Of a DNA stretch of 64,000 nt, positions 41,358 through 50,960 are shown piece by piece; position 1 is the stretch's first letter, and every line of letters starts with the position of its first letter. Under the pieces are notes generated by a model. That model saw only the letters and a program-made list of their open reading frames with translations. It was not told the DNA's origin and made no database searches. Source of the stretch: Candidatus Latescibacterota bacterium (GTDB lineage: Bacteria; Latescibacterota; UBA2968); the NCBI GenBank assembly GCA_965204745.1, contig OZ242010.1, positions 704,001 through 768,000 of the forward strand. The letters run 5' to 3'. The position numbers were made by a program, and so were the translations under genes.

Positions 41358-42337
41358 ATGAACAATCCAAATACACCGGTGCCAAACCGTATCCTTTTAG
41401 TCTAAGGGAAAAACGATGAGCATGTCGTCAGACATATCCGTGATCGCCATCCATCAGCACCGTCGTTTGACATTGTCAATGCGAATAAAGCGTTGAATCC
41501 ATTTATTGGGACCTACCCCCCTGGCCCCCCTTCCTGTGAGGAAGGGGGGAATGGCGAGAGGTTGTGCGAGGGGTTTGGGTTTCCAGGGCGTGATCTATTT
41601 GCTCAAAGCCATCAGAACAGCCAGGGAGACAAACCTTCAAAAAACCATGCGCTCCCCCTTTCCTTGTAGGAAAGGGGGCCGGGGGGATAGGTCCTACGAG
41701 GAAGGGGAAGAACCTCTCTCGTTTGTTTTACGACGAGTTCTAAAAGGCGATTCGGTAATGGATGACTCGTCCATGTCTTTGGGCGATTGGGCGCGGCTTG
41801 CTTCCTACTCGCTTTCTACTCTTAATTCGCATTGTAAATAAGGAGGGCATCGACGGAGTGCTCAAGTCCATTAGCGGTGAAATTAAGGCGTCGGGCCGGC
41901 TGGCCGTTGGCATTCTCGTGGATGCAAATAGCACTTTGATGGACCGTTGGAAATCTGTAAGAGATAGAATTATGAGGGCAAATATCCAAGTGCCCACACA
42001 TCCCAATCCCGATGGGACAATTATTGAGGGCACGCCCCGAGTCGGCATCTGGCTGATGCCCGATAATGAATCGAGCGGCGAACTTGAGGATTTCGTCAAG
42101 CAAATGATTCCCACGGACGATCCCGTGTGGCCTTTGTCTCAGCGTTATATTGACGGGATTCCGCAAGCCAATAGAAAATTTGCAGATCATAAGAAACCGA
42201 GAGCACAACTTTACGCTTGGCTAGCAACCAGAGAAGATCCCAAAAAAATGGGTTCGGCCATTGGGGCACACGATTTGAATGTGGATGGCACACTCTGTAA
42301 GAAATTTGTTGCTTGGCTTATGGCATTGTTCGAGTAA
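41358..42337 (+). pseudogene. DUF3226-like (TOPRIM-type) partner of the ATPase, disrupted by an in-frame TAA and a 358-bp insertion
   Basis: MNNPNTPVPNRILLV*GKNDEHVV...SFDI|V at 41358-41476 resumes in frame as NKEGIDGV...GILVDAN...GIWLMPDN...GELEDF after 41834; TAA at 41403-41405 replaces the E of LLVEG. Confidence 0.85.
41477..41834. mobile_element. Non-autonomous MITE-like insertion containing an inner palindromic REPIN-like unit (41509-41694)
   Basis: Ends CAATGCGAATAAAG / CTTAATTCGCATTG (14-bp IR, 1 mismatch); removing it (with one duplicated base) restores the interrupted frame; the same end occurs at 63888-63914. Confidence 0.85.
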
Positions 42338-42389
42338 TACGAATTTGATTTTCTGTTGGCCTAATGCGATGCGATATGCTACCCGCCAG

Positions 42390-42590
42390 CGATCCGCCTT
42401 TCCTCCGCCTTCCTCTGCGCCATCCGTTTAATCCGTTTAATCCGTGATCCGCCTTTTATCCGCGCCATCCGCATAATCCGTTTAATCCGCGATCCGCCTT
42501 TCCTCCGTGCCATCCGCGTAATCCGTTTCCTCCGTGATCCGCCTTTCCTCCGCGCCATCCGCGTAATCCGTTTAATCCGCGATCCGTCTT
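42390..42590. repeat. 45-bp tandem repeat (about 4 copies) built from 9-bp nnnATCCGy subunits
   Basis: GATCCG restarts at 42446, 42491, 42536 and 42581; related AATCCGCG motifs at ~37991-38035, 53908-53935 and 54731. Confidence 0.8.
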
Positions 42591-42979
42591 TACTTTTTGT
42601 TTTTTTTGTCGTCCGTCTCGCCATCTTCTTTCTTTTGTTTGCGTTTGTCCTTGAACGCCTTGATTTTTTCGAACAGGCCGGGCGCGTATTTGAGCAAATC
42701 CCCGATAGACATGCTCTTGTCATCCAGTGCAAGCAGTTGGGCCTTGCCCTTTTGAATGACGATAAAGGCCACGGGTTGCACGGATCCGCCGCCGCCCGTG
42801 CCACTGCCGCCGTCGTCCTTTTCGCTCTGTGACCCACCCGCGCCGAAGCCAAAGGAAATTTTGGACACCGGGATGATGGTCACATCGCCTGTGACGACAG
42901 GCTCGCCCACCACGGTTTCGGTTTTCACAATCTCGCGCAATTCGTGCAACATCGTTCTCACCACGTCTTCAATAGCCAT
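42590..42979 (-). CDS. YtfJ/GerW-family protein
   Basis: TVVGEPV..GDVTIIPVSKISFGFGAGG...GTGGGGSVQPVAFIVI; GAGGAG RBS. Confidence 0.88.
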   Translation of the reverse strand: MAIEDVVRTMLHELREIVKTETVVGEPVVTGDVTIIPVSKISFGFGAGGSQSEKDDGGSGTGGGGSVQPVAFIVIQKGKAQLLALDDKSMSIGDLLKYAPGLFEKIKAFKDKRKQKKEDGETDDKKNKK

Positions 42980-43102
42980 GTTGTCTCCTCAGTTGTCAGT
43001 TATCAGTCCACCCCGTCCCAAGCCCCAAGTGGTACATCAATCGTAGGGACATGCTCCCGTGTCTGTCCTCAGTCCATACATCGGGGGATGGACTGAGGAT
43101 CG

Positions 43103-43852
43103 TTATTTTTCGGCGGTCAGCGTGGCTTCGCGTTGAACCTTGCGCTGTGCCCACCAAACGCTCGCGGCCAAGCACCCGCCGCGTGCTGCCAATGCGAGGG
43201 CGGCCCACAGCAAGCGCGAGAGATAAACCGAAAGCCGAACGGACCCGGAACCCGCAAAGCGCGGTTGCATAAAATCGGGCGTTAGGGAAATGCGAACGCG
43301 CTTGCCGAGAACGCGCTTGACCGCTTCGACATAGCCGAACAAACGCCCGGTGAAAGCGGGATCGCCCAACCCCACCTCCAAATCCATTGCCGCATCCCGA
43401 AATCGAATCGCGCGCAACAACCGCTTGGCAAATCGCATCACAATGGGGCGCGCATCCGCGGCATAGCCCATGTATTGTTTCGCCTGCGCGTAACGCGACC
43501 GCCATGGCGACTCGGCTACCGGCATCGCATCCGCCGCTTTTTCCGCACGCGCCGCTTCATCGCCCCCTCCTTCGGGATCCCCCTCCGCATCGGATTCGAC
43601 CACTCGCGGCGCAGGTGCCTTGGGCCGCCAAACCGTGCAAGGCCCCAACACCACGCGCCATTGCAACCCGGTATCATCGACCTCGCACACAACGCCGCAC
43701 AGGCCGCCCCATGCCCGCGCAAATCCGGATACGCGGTACGCGTCCTCGCGGTAAAAACCCGCCGCACCGACCCGGATGGGCAAGACGATAAAGCCCGCCA
43801 ACACCGCGAAGATAATCGAGCCAATGCCAATGAAAACTTCCGCGAGCATCAT
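43103..43852 (-). CDS. DUF2953 (YtfI-like) membrane protein
   Basis: N-terminal TM; GLGDPAFTGRLFG...PDF motif; sits upstream of the ytfJ-like gene as is usual for this pair. Confidence 0.75.
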   Translation of the reverse strand: MMLAEVFIGIGSIIFAVLAGFIVLPIRVGAAGFYREDAYRVSGFARAWGGLCGVVCEVDDTGLQWRVVLGPCTVWRPKAPAPRVVESDAEGDPEGGGDEAARAEKAADAMPVAESPWRSRYAQAKQYMGYAADARPIVMRFAKRLLRAIRFRDAAMDLEVGLGDPAFTGRLFGYVEAVKRVLGKRVRISLTPDFMQPRFAGSGSVRLSVYLSRLLWAALALAARGGCLAASVWWAQRKVQREATLTAEK

Positions 43853-43867
43853 GGATAACCTTTCGCA

Positions 43868-44098
43868 TCTTGTATCTTTGGGCGAGGCACAGGGCATCGC
43901 CTAAAAAGGTGAGAGGTGAGAGGCAAGACGTGAGAAGGCCACCCCTCTCCCCTCTTGCGTCTCCCCTCTTGCCTCTCCCCTCTTGTATCTTTGGGCGAAT
44001 ACAGGGCATCGCCCAAAAAGGTGAGAGGTGAGAGGCAAGACGTGAGAAGGCCACCCCTCTCCCCTCTTGCGTCTTCCTTCTCCCTTTTTGTATCTTTG
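43868..44098. repeat. Dispersed ~113-bp repeat, two tandem copies; inverted copy at ~48044-48157, fragments at ~48296-48323 and ~59079-59122
   Basis: TCTTGTATCTTTGGGCGA...CATCGCCCAAAAAGGTGAGAGGTGAGAGGCAAGACGTGAGAAGGCCAC at 43868 and 43981. Confidence 0.8.
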
Positions 44099-44133
44099 GC
44101 TTGCGAACCGCCTTTGGGCGGAGATGGGCGGGG

Positions 44134-44171
44134 ACTGACCACTGACTACTGACCACTGACCACTGACCACT
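44134..44171. repeat. Heptamer tandem repeat (CTGACCA)n; second array at ~61372-61403
   Basis: ctgacca ctgacta ctgacca ctgacca ctgacca. Confidence 0.8.
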
Positions 44172-44304
44172 GCCTCTCGCCTTTTCAAATAGCGAAAAAA
44201 GAAGCCGCAAAGTCAAGCGGTTTTGCCTCTGCACTTGACACGATGGGATAGCGCGTGCAATATATGGCAAATGGCTACAAGGCAACGCGATAAACGGAGA
44301 CTTT

Positions 44305-46140
44305 ATGACCGCACATCGACAGATCGAAACATGGGCCGCGGAAGGACGGATTTCCGCCTCGGCATCGCACGCGCTTTTGCAATGGCTGGCGGACCCGAAA
44401 TTTGCCGATTTTGTGGCCGACATTCAACGGCTCGTACAAACGGGAGATACGGACGAACTCGACGATGCGTTTCGCACCCACATCGAGTTTGGCACGGGCG
44501 GGATTCGGGGCGAGATGGGGCCAGGGCCCAACCGCATCAACCTGCGAACCATTGGCGAAGCCGCGCAGGGCTTGGCGCGGTACATCCTCAACTCGGGCAT
44601 TGCAAACGCCCGGGAAATGGGCGTGGTCATCGCGCACGACACGCGCAACAACTCGGCCCGCTTTGCTCGGGAAACCGCCTCGGTCATCGCCGGGCATGGC
44701 ATTGTCGCCCGCTTGTTTGACGGGCATCGCGCAACGCCCCATCTCTCTTTCGCGCTCCGGCAAACCGGCGCCGTTGCGGGCGTGGTCATCAGCGCGAGCC
44801 ACAACCCGCCTGCGGACAATGGCTTCAAGGCGTATTGGACAGACGGCGGGCAGGTCGTTCCCCCGCACGACAAAAACATCATCGCCGAAGTCATCGCGGG
44901 GCAAAACACGCGCATTAAAAAAATGGACTACGAAACCGGGGTCAAGCGCGGCCTCATCCAACCCCTCGCCGCACCCCTCGACGCGCACTACATCGAAAAA
45001 CTCGCGGGCGTCTCCCTGTCAGACGCGCGGGACATCCGCATCGTCTATACGCCCCTACACGGGGTCGGCGCGACGAGCATTGTGCCCGCGCTTCAAAAAC
45101 TCGGGTATGACCAACTCCACCTCGTCGAAGCGCAAACCATCCCGGACGGGAATTTCCCAACCGTGGCGGGTGGCATTGCCAATCCCGAAGCCCCCGGCAC
45201 ATTCGCGCTGGCAATCGAACGAGCCGCGCAACGCCACGCGGACCTGGTCATCGCCAGCGACCCAGACGCGGACCGGCTCGGCTGCGCGTTGCCCCATCCG
45301 CAACAGGGCTGGCATGCCCGCCCGGAAGAACTCGCCCTCACCGGCAACCAGATCGGCGTGATTTTGTGTCATTATCTCCTCAACGCCCTCAAAACCCAGC
45401 ACGCCTTGCCGACCCAAGGCGTCGTGTGCAAAACCATCGTCACCACGGACCTCATCAGCTTGATCGCCGCGTATTTTGGCATGACCCCGGTGGATAACCT
45501 CCTCGTCGGCTTCAAATACATTGCAGACGTCATCGACAACCTGCAAGCGGACCAAACCTTTGTGTTCGGCGCGGAAGAGAGCCACGGGTACTTGGCGGGC
45601 GATTTTGTGCGCGACAAAGATGCGGCCATTGCCGCGGTCTTGCTCGCAGAATGCGCGGCCCAACTCAAATCGCAGGGCCGCACCGTGCGCGATTACCTCG
45701 ATGAAATTTATCGCACATTCGGCTATTTTTGCGACATCCAAAAATCCGCGTACCGCACGGGCGCGCAGGGCAACGAGGAAATCGCGCGGATCATGCAGGG
45801 CCTGCGCCAAAATCCACCGCGCGCGATAGGGGGGCACGAGGTCATCGAAGTCATCGACTATCAAACCCTCGCGGCGCGCCATTTGAAAACGGGCACCACG
45901 CGCTCGCTCAAAGGCACGGCTGGCAATGTGCTCGCGTTCACCCTCACGGAACGGGGCCACACCCGGGTCACGGCGCGGCCTTCGGGCACGGAGCCAAAGA
46001 TCAAATACTACGTCTCGGCAACTTGGGCGGATCGCGCGGATGTGCCGCGCGCGCGCAGCTCCATTGACCGCCTCGCGGACGACCTCATGCGCGGCATGCG
46101 CCACGCGGCAGAACGCGCCCTTCTATCGGTAACGCCATGA
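44305..46140 (+). CDS. Phosphoglucomutase/phosphomannomutase (alpha-D-phosphohexomutase)
   Basis: FGTGGIRG, ISASHNP (phosphoserine), DPDADR (metal loop), GAEESHG, RPSGTEPKIKYY. Confidence 0.95.
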   Translation: MTAHRQIETWAAEGRISASASHALLQWLADPKFADFVADIQRLVQTGDTDELDDAFRTHIEFGTGGIRGEMGPGPNRINLRTIGEAAQGLARYILNSGIANAREMGVVIAHDTRNNSARFARETASVIAGHGIVARLFDGHRATPHLSFALRQTGAVAGVVISASHNPPADNGFKAYWTDGGQVVPPHDKNIIAEVIAGQNTRIKKMDYETGVKRGLIQPLAAPLDAHYIEKLAGVSLSDARDIRIVYTPLHGVGATSIVPALQKLGYDQLHLVEAQTIPDGNFPTVAGGIANPEAPGTFALAIERAAQRHADLVIASDPDADRLGCALPHPQQGWHARPEELALTGNQIGVILCHYLLNALKTQHALPTQGVVCKTIVTTDLISLIAAYFGMTPVDNLLVGFKYIADVIDNLQADQTFVFGAEESHGYLAGDFVRDKDAAIAAVLLAECAAQLKSQGRTVRDYLDEIYRTFGYFCDIQKSAYRTGAQGNEEIARIMQGLRQNPPRAIGGHEVIEVIDYQTLAARHLKTGTTRSLKGTAGNVLAFTLTERGHTRVTARPSGTEPKIKYYVSATWADRADVPRARSSIDRLADDLMRGMRHAAERALLSVTP

Positions 46141-47825
46141 CCCATTCCACACACGCGGGCATCTATCGCAACCCGACCAGTTACGCGGACCCGGAATTTA
46201 GCAAGTACCTGCGCCGCGCATTTCTCGCGGCCGTGGGCTATGACCGCGAAGACATCACGCGGCCCGTCATCGGCATTGCCTCGACAGCGTCGGATTACAA
46301 CCCCTGCCACGCGCAGATGCCGGATTTGATCGAAGCGGTCAAGCGCGGGGTGCTCGAAGCCGGGGGCCTGCCCTTTGTGTTCCCCACGCTTTCGCTGAAC
46401 GAAATTTTCTTTTCGCCCACCACCATGCTCTTTCGCAACCTGCTGGCGATGGAAACCGAGGAACTCATCACCGCGCAGCCGATGGACGCGGTGGTGCTCA
46501 TGGGCGGGTGCGACAAAACCGTGCCCGCGCAAGTGATGGCCGCTGCGTCGGCCGATATCCCCGCGATCCAAGTCGTATCCGGCGCGATGCGAACCGGCGC
46601 GTGGCAAGGCGACCGCTTGGGCGCGTGTACAGATTGCCGCCGGTACTGGGCGCGCTACCGCGCAGGCGAACTCACCGAGCCGCAGATCCAAGGCGTGACC
46701 CAATCCCTTTGCAGCACCCCCGGAACCTGCATGGTGATGGGCACGGCCTCCACGATGGCCTGTGTGGTCGAAACCCTGGGGCTGATGCTTCCCGGGGGCG
46801 CGGCTCCGGTCTCGGGCACGGGCGACCGGTTGCGCGTGGGCACGCGCTCTGGACGCATGGTCGTCGCCCTTGCCCGCGCAAACCGCGGCCCATCGCAACT
46901 GCTCACCCGCGCGTCATTTCTCAATGCCCTCACCGTGCTCACTGCTGTGGGCGGCTCGACCAATGCAATCGTTCACCTCTTGGCTATCGCACGCCGCGCA
47001 GGCACTCGCCTCACCCTTGAAGACATGCACACTGTGGCGCAACGCGTGCCCTTGCTCGTAGATTGCAAACCCGCGGGCGAGGGATACATGGAGGACTTTC
47101 ACCGCGCGGGCGGCCTTCCCCCCTTGCTCAAAACGCTCGAACCCCTGTTGCACACCGATGTGCCCACGATCACGGGGCAATCCCTCGGGGAATACTTGAA
47201 CGCGGTACAACCGCCTCAAGCGTGGCAAACCACGATTCGCACGTTGGACGATCCCCTGGGTCCAACCGGCGCGCTCGCGGTGATTCGCGGGAATCTCGCC
47301 CCAGAAGGCGGGGTGCTCAAGGTCGCCGCAGCAACGGCTGACCTGCTCGCGCACCGAGGCCCGGCCATTGTATTCGACTCGGCCGAAGACGCCGCCGAAC
47401 GCATCGACGACCCCGGGCTCAAAATCACGGCCGACCATGTGATGATCCTCCGCAATGCCGGCCCGGTCGGAGGCGGGTTTCCCGAAGCCGGCTCGTTGCC
47501 CATTCCCAAGTACCTCGCGCAAAAGGGCGTCAAAGACATGGTGCGCGTTTCCGATGCGCGCATGAGCGGCACGTCTTACGGCACGGTGGTCTTGCACTGT
47601 TCGCCCGAAGCCGCGACCGGCGGCCCGCTCGCCCTGGTGCGCGATGGCGACCTGATCGAATTGAACACCGCAGAACGCCGCCTCGATTTGCTCGTCAACG
47701 CCCCAGAACTCGCACGACGCCGCGAAGCCTTCGTTCCCCCGCCAATCCCCGAGCGCGGCTGGCGCCATCTACACGCCAACCACGTCCTCCCCGCACACCT
47801 CGGCGCGGACTTGGACTTCTTGTGA
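46137..47825 (+). CDS. IlvD/Edd-family dehydratase (dihydroxy-acid or sugar-acid dehydratase)
   Basis: NPCH, GGCDKTVPA, GTCMVMGTASTM, GGSTNA, SDARMSGT, HCSPEA; ATGA overlap with the mutase gene. Confidence 0.93.
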   Translation: MTHSTHAGIYRNPTSYADPEFSKYLRRAFLAAVGYDREDITRPVIGIASTASDYNPCHAQMPDLIEAVKRGVLEAGGLPFVFPTLSLNEIFFSPTTMLFRNLLAMETEELITAQPMDAVVLMGGCDKTVPAQVMAAASADIPAIQVVSGAMRTGAWQGDRLGACTDCRRYWARYRAGELTEPQIQGVTQSLCSTPGTCMVMGTASTMACVVETLGLMLPGGAAPVSGTGDRLRVGTRSGRMVVALARANRGPSQLLTRASFLNALTVLTAVGGSTNAIVHLLAIARRAGTRLTLEDMHTVAQRVPLLVDCKPAGEGYMEDFHRAGGLPPLLKTLEPLLHTDVPTITGQSLGEYLNAVQPPQAWQTTIRTLDDPLGPTGALAVIRGNLAPEGGVLKVAAATADLLAHRGPAIVFDSAEDAAERIDDPGLKITADHVMILRNAGPVGGGFPEAGSLPIPKYLAQKGVKDMVRVSDARMSGTSYGTVVLHCSPEAATGGPLALVRDGDLIELNTAERRLDLLVNAPELARRREAFVPPPIPERGWRHLHANHVLPAHLGADLDFL

Positions 47826-48334
47826 AAAGACCCCGATTCGTTTGTGAATTAGGACAGCAAATTCCAAATATCGGAGTTAGCAACCGCAGTGCCATTTATG
47901 TCGATTTTACTCGATTCGATACCGCCCGAACAAATCGACAAAATTTCTTTGAGTCATGACGCGCTGTAAAATAGGTTGCGGGCAGGGCAAATGGGCTTAT
48001 ACTTCAACATGCCTTTCTGACGCCCCGCCCAACCCCCTTCGGTAAGACGGGAGAGGCAAGACGCAAGACGCAAGAGAGGAGTGGCCTTCTCGCGTCTTGC
48101 CTCTCACCTCTCACCTTTTTGGGCGATGTCCCGTGCTCGCCCGAAGATACAAGAGACAAATCGCATGCCCGGGAATGTGAAACGCACACAGCAGGGTGGG
48201 GATGGGACGGGCACGCACGGGTGGCGGGGTTAGGATGGGCAGGGAAACGCACACGGTGGGGCAGGGTAGCGGATGGGATCGCACTTGGGCGGATGAGGGG
48301 AGAGGGGTGGCCTTCTCACGTCTTGGGAGAGAAA

Positions 48335-50683
48335 ATGGCAGATCGAAAATCCGTGATGATACAGTTGTTGCGCGGGGAGGTGACGGTCGAGCAGGCGGCC
48401 GGTGAATTGGGGGTTTCGCGCCGAGGGGTTCGGGATATGCAGCGGCGGTTTTTGCAACAGCGATTGCCCAAAGCGCGGGAGGTGGTGCGCGCGCCGGTGG
48501 ATCAACCGGTGACGGTGTTGCGCGACAAGTGGGGCGTGGCGCACATCGAGGCCGCGTCTGTGGGCGATTGTTTTACCGCGCTGGGCTATGCGATGGCGCA
48601 GGATCGGCTGTGGCAGATGGATTATATGCGGCGGTTGGCGCACGGGCAGTTGGCGGAAATTTTGGGTGCGGAGTATGTGGCGCGAGATCGGTTGCATCGC
48701 ACGATTGGCCTGACGCGCGCAGCACGGGATGCGGCTTCGGCGATGTCGAGCGAGGTGGCGATGGTGTTGCGGTCTCTGTGCAATGGGATCAATGCGTGGA
48801 TGGCTGCGATGGGCGAGCGGCGGTGCGTGGAGTTCGACATTTTGGCGTACGACCCGACGCCGTGGACTGCGGTGGATTCGATAGCGATATGGAAATGGCG
48901 ATGGTGGATGCTGACCGGGCGATTGGACATGATCGCGATCAACGAGGCGGCAAAACGGCATTTGCCCGCGGAGTTGTTCGATTTGTTTTTGATGACCGAG
49001 GCCGCAGAGGAGACCATTGTGCCATCTGACGAACCCGCGGGCATCGGGGGATACGACGCGGGCATTGGCAGCAACAACTGGGTGGTCGGGGGACGGAGTA
49101 CCGCGAGTGGCAAGCCGGTGTTGGCGACAGATCCGCACAACGACGTGAGTTTGTGCAGGCAGTGGTATCAGGCGCAGGTGTGCGCGCCGGGCATGGATGC
49201 GGTGGGCGCGTTTTTCCTGGGCACGCCGGGGATTTATTTGGGGCATACGCGCGATACGGCGTGGGGCGTGACGAATCACACGGCTTCGGCGCGCGATTTG
49301 TACGTGGAAGAGCTGTCCGCAGGAGATGGGGATTTGTACCGCGATGGCGATGCGTGGCGGGTGGTCGAGGTGGAGCGGCAGGAGATTCCGGTGCGCGGTG
49401 CCGATGCGGAGGAGTTGGTGATTCGCCGAACCCGGCGCGGGCCGATTGTCGATGCGTTTGTGCCTGCGGTAGATGATGGGGAACGACCCGTGCTGTCGTT
49501 GCGCTGGGTGGGGGCCGAGGCGACCACCGGGTTTGAAGCGATGCTCGCGTTGATGAAGTCGCAAAATGTCGCGCGGGTTTTAGACGCGCTGGCACAGTGG
49601 CCCATGCCCATTTTGAATTTTGTGTTTGCCGATTCAGAGGGGCGCATCGGGTACCACGCGGTCGGGCATGTGCCTAAGCGCAAGGCGGTGCATTTTGGGT
49701 TTCGCCCGGCCAATGACCCCGCGCACGAGTGGGGCGCGCCGCATGCGTTTGACGAATTGCCGCAGTTGATCGATCCCGACTGCAACTGGGTGGCAACCGC
49801 GAACAATCCCCCGTGGGGTGGCAAGGGTGCGTACATGAGCTTGGGCGGCTGGTCAGAGGGGTATCGGTTTCGCAGAATCAAGGCGCGCATCGAGGCATTG
49901 GAGACGCATACGCAGGAAAGCGTGGGGGCGATCCAAGCGGATGTGGTTCACGGTCGCGGGCAAGCCTTCGCGCCCATTGTGGCAGCGATGGCGCTGAAAG
50001 CGCGGGACGAGGGCTTGCGCGAGTGGGGCGCGTTGTTGCGCGACTGGGATGGCGCGTATTCGGTCGATTCCGTAGCGGCGACCTTGTTCACGGCATTTTG
50101 GGAGCACTGGGTGCGGCGGGTGATGCGCGTGCGGTTTCCGGACGGGGTGGTGCGATTGGTGGCCGGGCGCGGGGGCAGTGTGGCGCGGCGCGTGTTGGCG
50201 GGCGATGCGCGAGAATGGACGCCCGAGGGGTGGGATGTCGAGGAGGAGGTGTGCGCCGCATTGCTCGACGCACGCGATTGGTTGCACCGGCATGTGGGCA
50301 CGCGCGAGGCGCAGTGGCGTTGGGGGCGGTTGCACACGGTTACATTTCGGCATCCCTTGAGCGATGGCGGGGCCTTGTCGCAGGTGTTTGACGTGGGGCC
50401 GTTTGAGTCGTCTGGCAGCGCGGGCACGGTGCGCGCAACCGGGTACAATTTTGGCGAGCCGTTTGAGGTGACCGGGCTTTCGACCTATCGCATGGTGGTG
50501 GATCTGGACGATCCCGCCCACGGCGTAGCAACCGCGGCCGGTGGACAATCCGGGCATCCGGGCAGCGCGAATTACCGCACGCAATCCGAACTGTGGGCCG
50601 TTGACGCATATCACCCCCTGCTGATGGACAGGGCAGATGTCGAAGCAAATTTGCAGAGCAGGTTGGAGATGTCGTGTAGTTGA
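48335..50683 (+). CDS. Penicillin acylase family (Ntn-hydrolase, S45) protein with an N-terminal HTH-like segment
   Basis: RDKWGVAHIEA..LGYAMAQDRLWQMD, G|SNNWVV autocleavage site, LATDPH, WGRLH, GQSGHPGS; GGGAGA RBS before ATG 48335. Confidence 0.92.
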   Translation: MADRKSVMIQLLRGEVTVEQAAGELGVSRRGVRDMQRRFLQQRLPKAREVVRAPVDQPVTVLRDKWGVAHIEAASVGDCFTALGYAMAQDRLWQMDYMRRLAHGQLAEILGAEYVARDRLHRTIGLTRAARDAASAMSSEVAMVLRSLCNGINAWMAAMGERRCVEFDILAYDPTPWTAVDSIAIWKWRWWMLTGRLDMIAINEAAKRHLPAELFDLFLMTEAAEETIVPSDEPAGIGGYDAGIGSNNWVVGGRSTASGKPVLATDPHNDVSLCRQWYQAQVCAPGMDAVGAFFLGTPGIYLGHTRDTAWGVTNHTASARDLYVEELSAGDGDLYRDGDAWRVVEVERQEIPVRGADAEELVIRRTRRGPIVDAFVPAVDDGERPVLSLRWVGAEATTGFEAMLALMKSQNVARVLDALAQWPMPILNFVFADSEGRIGYHAVGHVPKRKAVHFGFRPANDPAHEWGAPHAFDELPQLIDPDCNWVATANNPPWGGKGAYMSLGGWSEGYRFRRIKARIEALETHTQESVGAIQADVVHGRGQAFAPIVAAMALKARDEGLREWGALLRDWDGAYSVDSVAATLFTAFWEHWVRRVMRVRFPDGVVRLVAGRGGSVARRVLAGDAREWTPEGWDVEEEVCAALLDARDWLHRHVGTREAQWRWGRLHTVTFRHPLSDGGALSQVFDVGPFESSGSAGTVRATGYNFGEPFEVTGLSTYRMVVDLDDPAHGVATAAGGQSGHPGSANYRTQSELWAVDAYHPLLMDRADVEANLQSRLEMSCS

Positions 50684-50707
50684 TATTTCGTTGACTACTG
50701 TTAAACA

Positions 50708-50960
50708 TTGTTGGCTATGTTTGATTGGAAGGAGGTGGGCTTTGTTGCCCTATTGGAGCAGTTACGTAGCCGGGAAGAGTCGTGCGTTGTGGTTGCCTGG
50801 CGATTCGTCGTTGGCGGTGTTAGAGGGCTGGCAGAGCAAGACGGGTGCGGCGTCGTGGTTTTCTGTGGCGCAGAGCATGGTGCGGAAGCACCGTGCGAAA
50901 AGGCTGTTCTGTCCTTTTGCCATCGGTTCTCTCGTTAGCACGGCGAGCAACAAAGCCCTT
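50708..50960 (+). pseudogene. tnpA: Decayed IS607 serine-recombinase tnpA remnant
   Basis: FDWKEVGFVALLEQL...VVVAWR...LAEQDGCGVVVF...VLSFCHRFSR*HG resembles the C-terminal half of IS607 TnpA; the HTH and catalytic YxRVSS are missing. Confidence 0.6.

Noticed and set aside
41403-41405. Recoded stop in the DUF3226-like gene
   Set aside because: The codon is TAA at a Glu position, not UGA at a Cys position, and the gene is also interrupted by an insertion
42379-42852. 157-aa ORF with RIKRITRMARRKGGS repeats; also considered as a mini-CRISPR
   Set aside because: It is the translation of the 45-bp DNA repeat in an alternate frame overlapping the ytfJ-like gene; there are no unique spacers
42590-43852. 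Sporulation capacity implied by YtfI/YtfJ-like genes
   Set aside because: This pair occurs widely in non-sporulating prokaryotes and no other sporulation genes are present
48119-48334. N-terminal extensions of ORFs 48119.., 43103..43897, 58357..59118 and 50637..
   Set aside because: They run through intergenic repeats or the neighbouring gene; downstream starts fit the domain boundaries better
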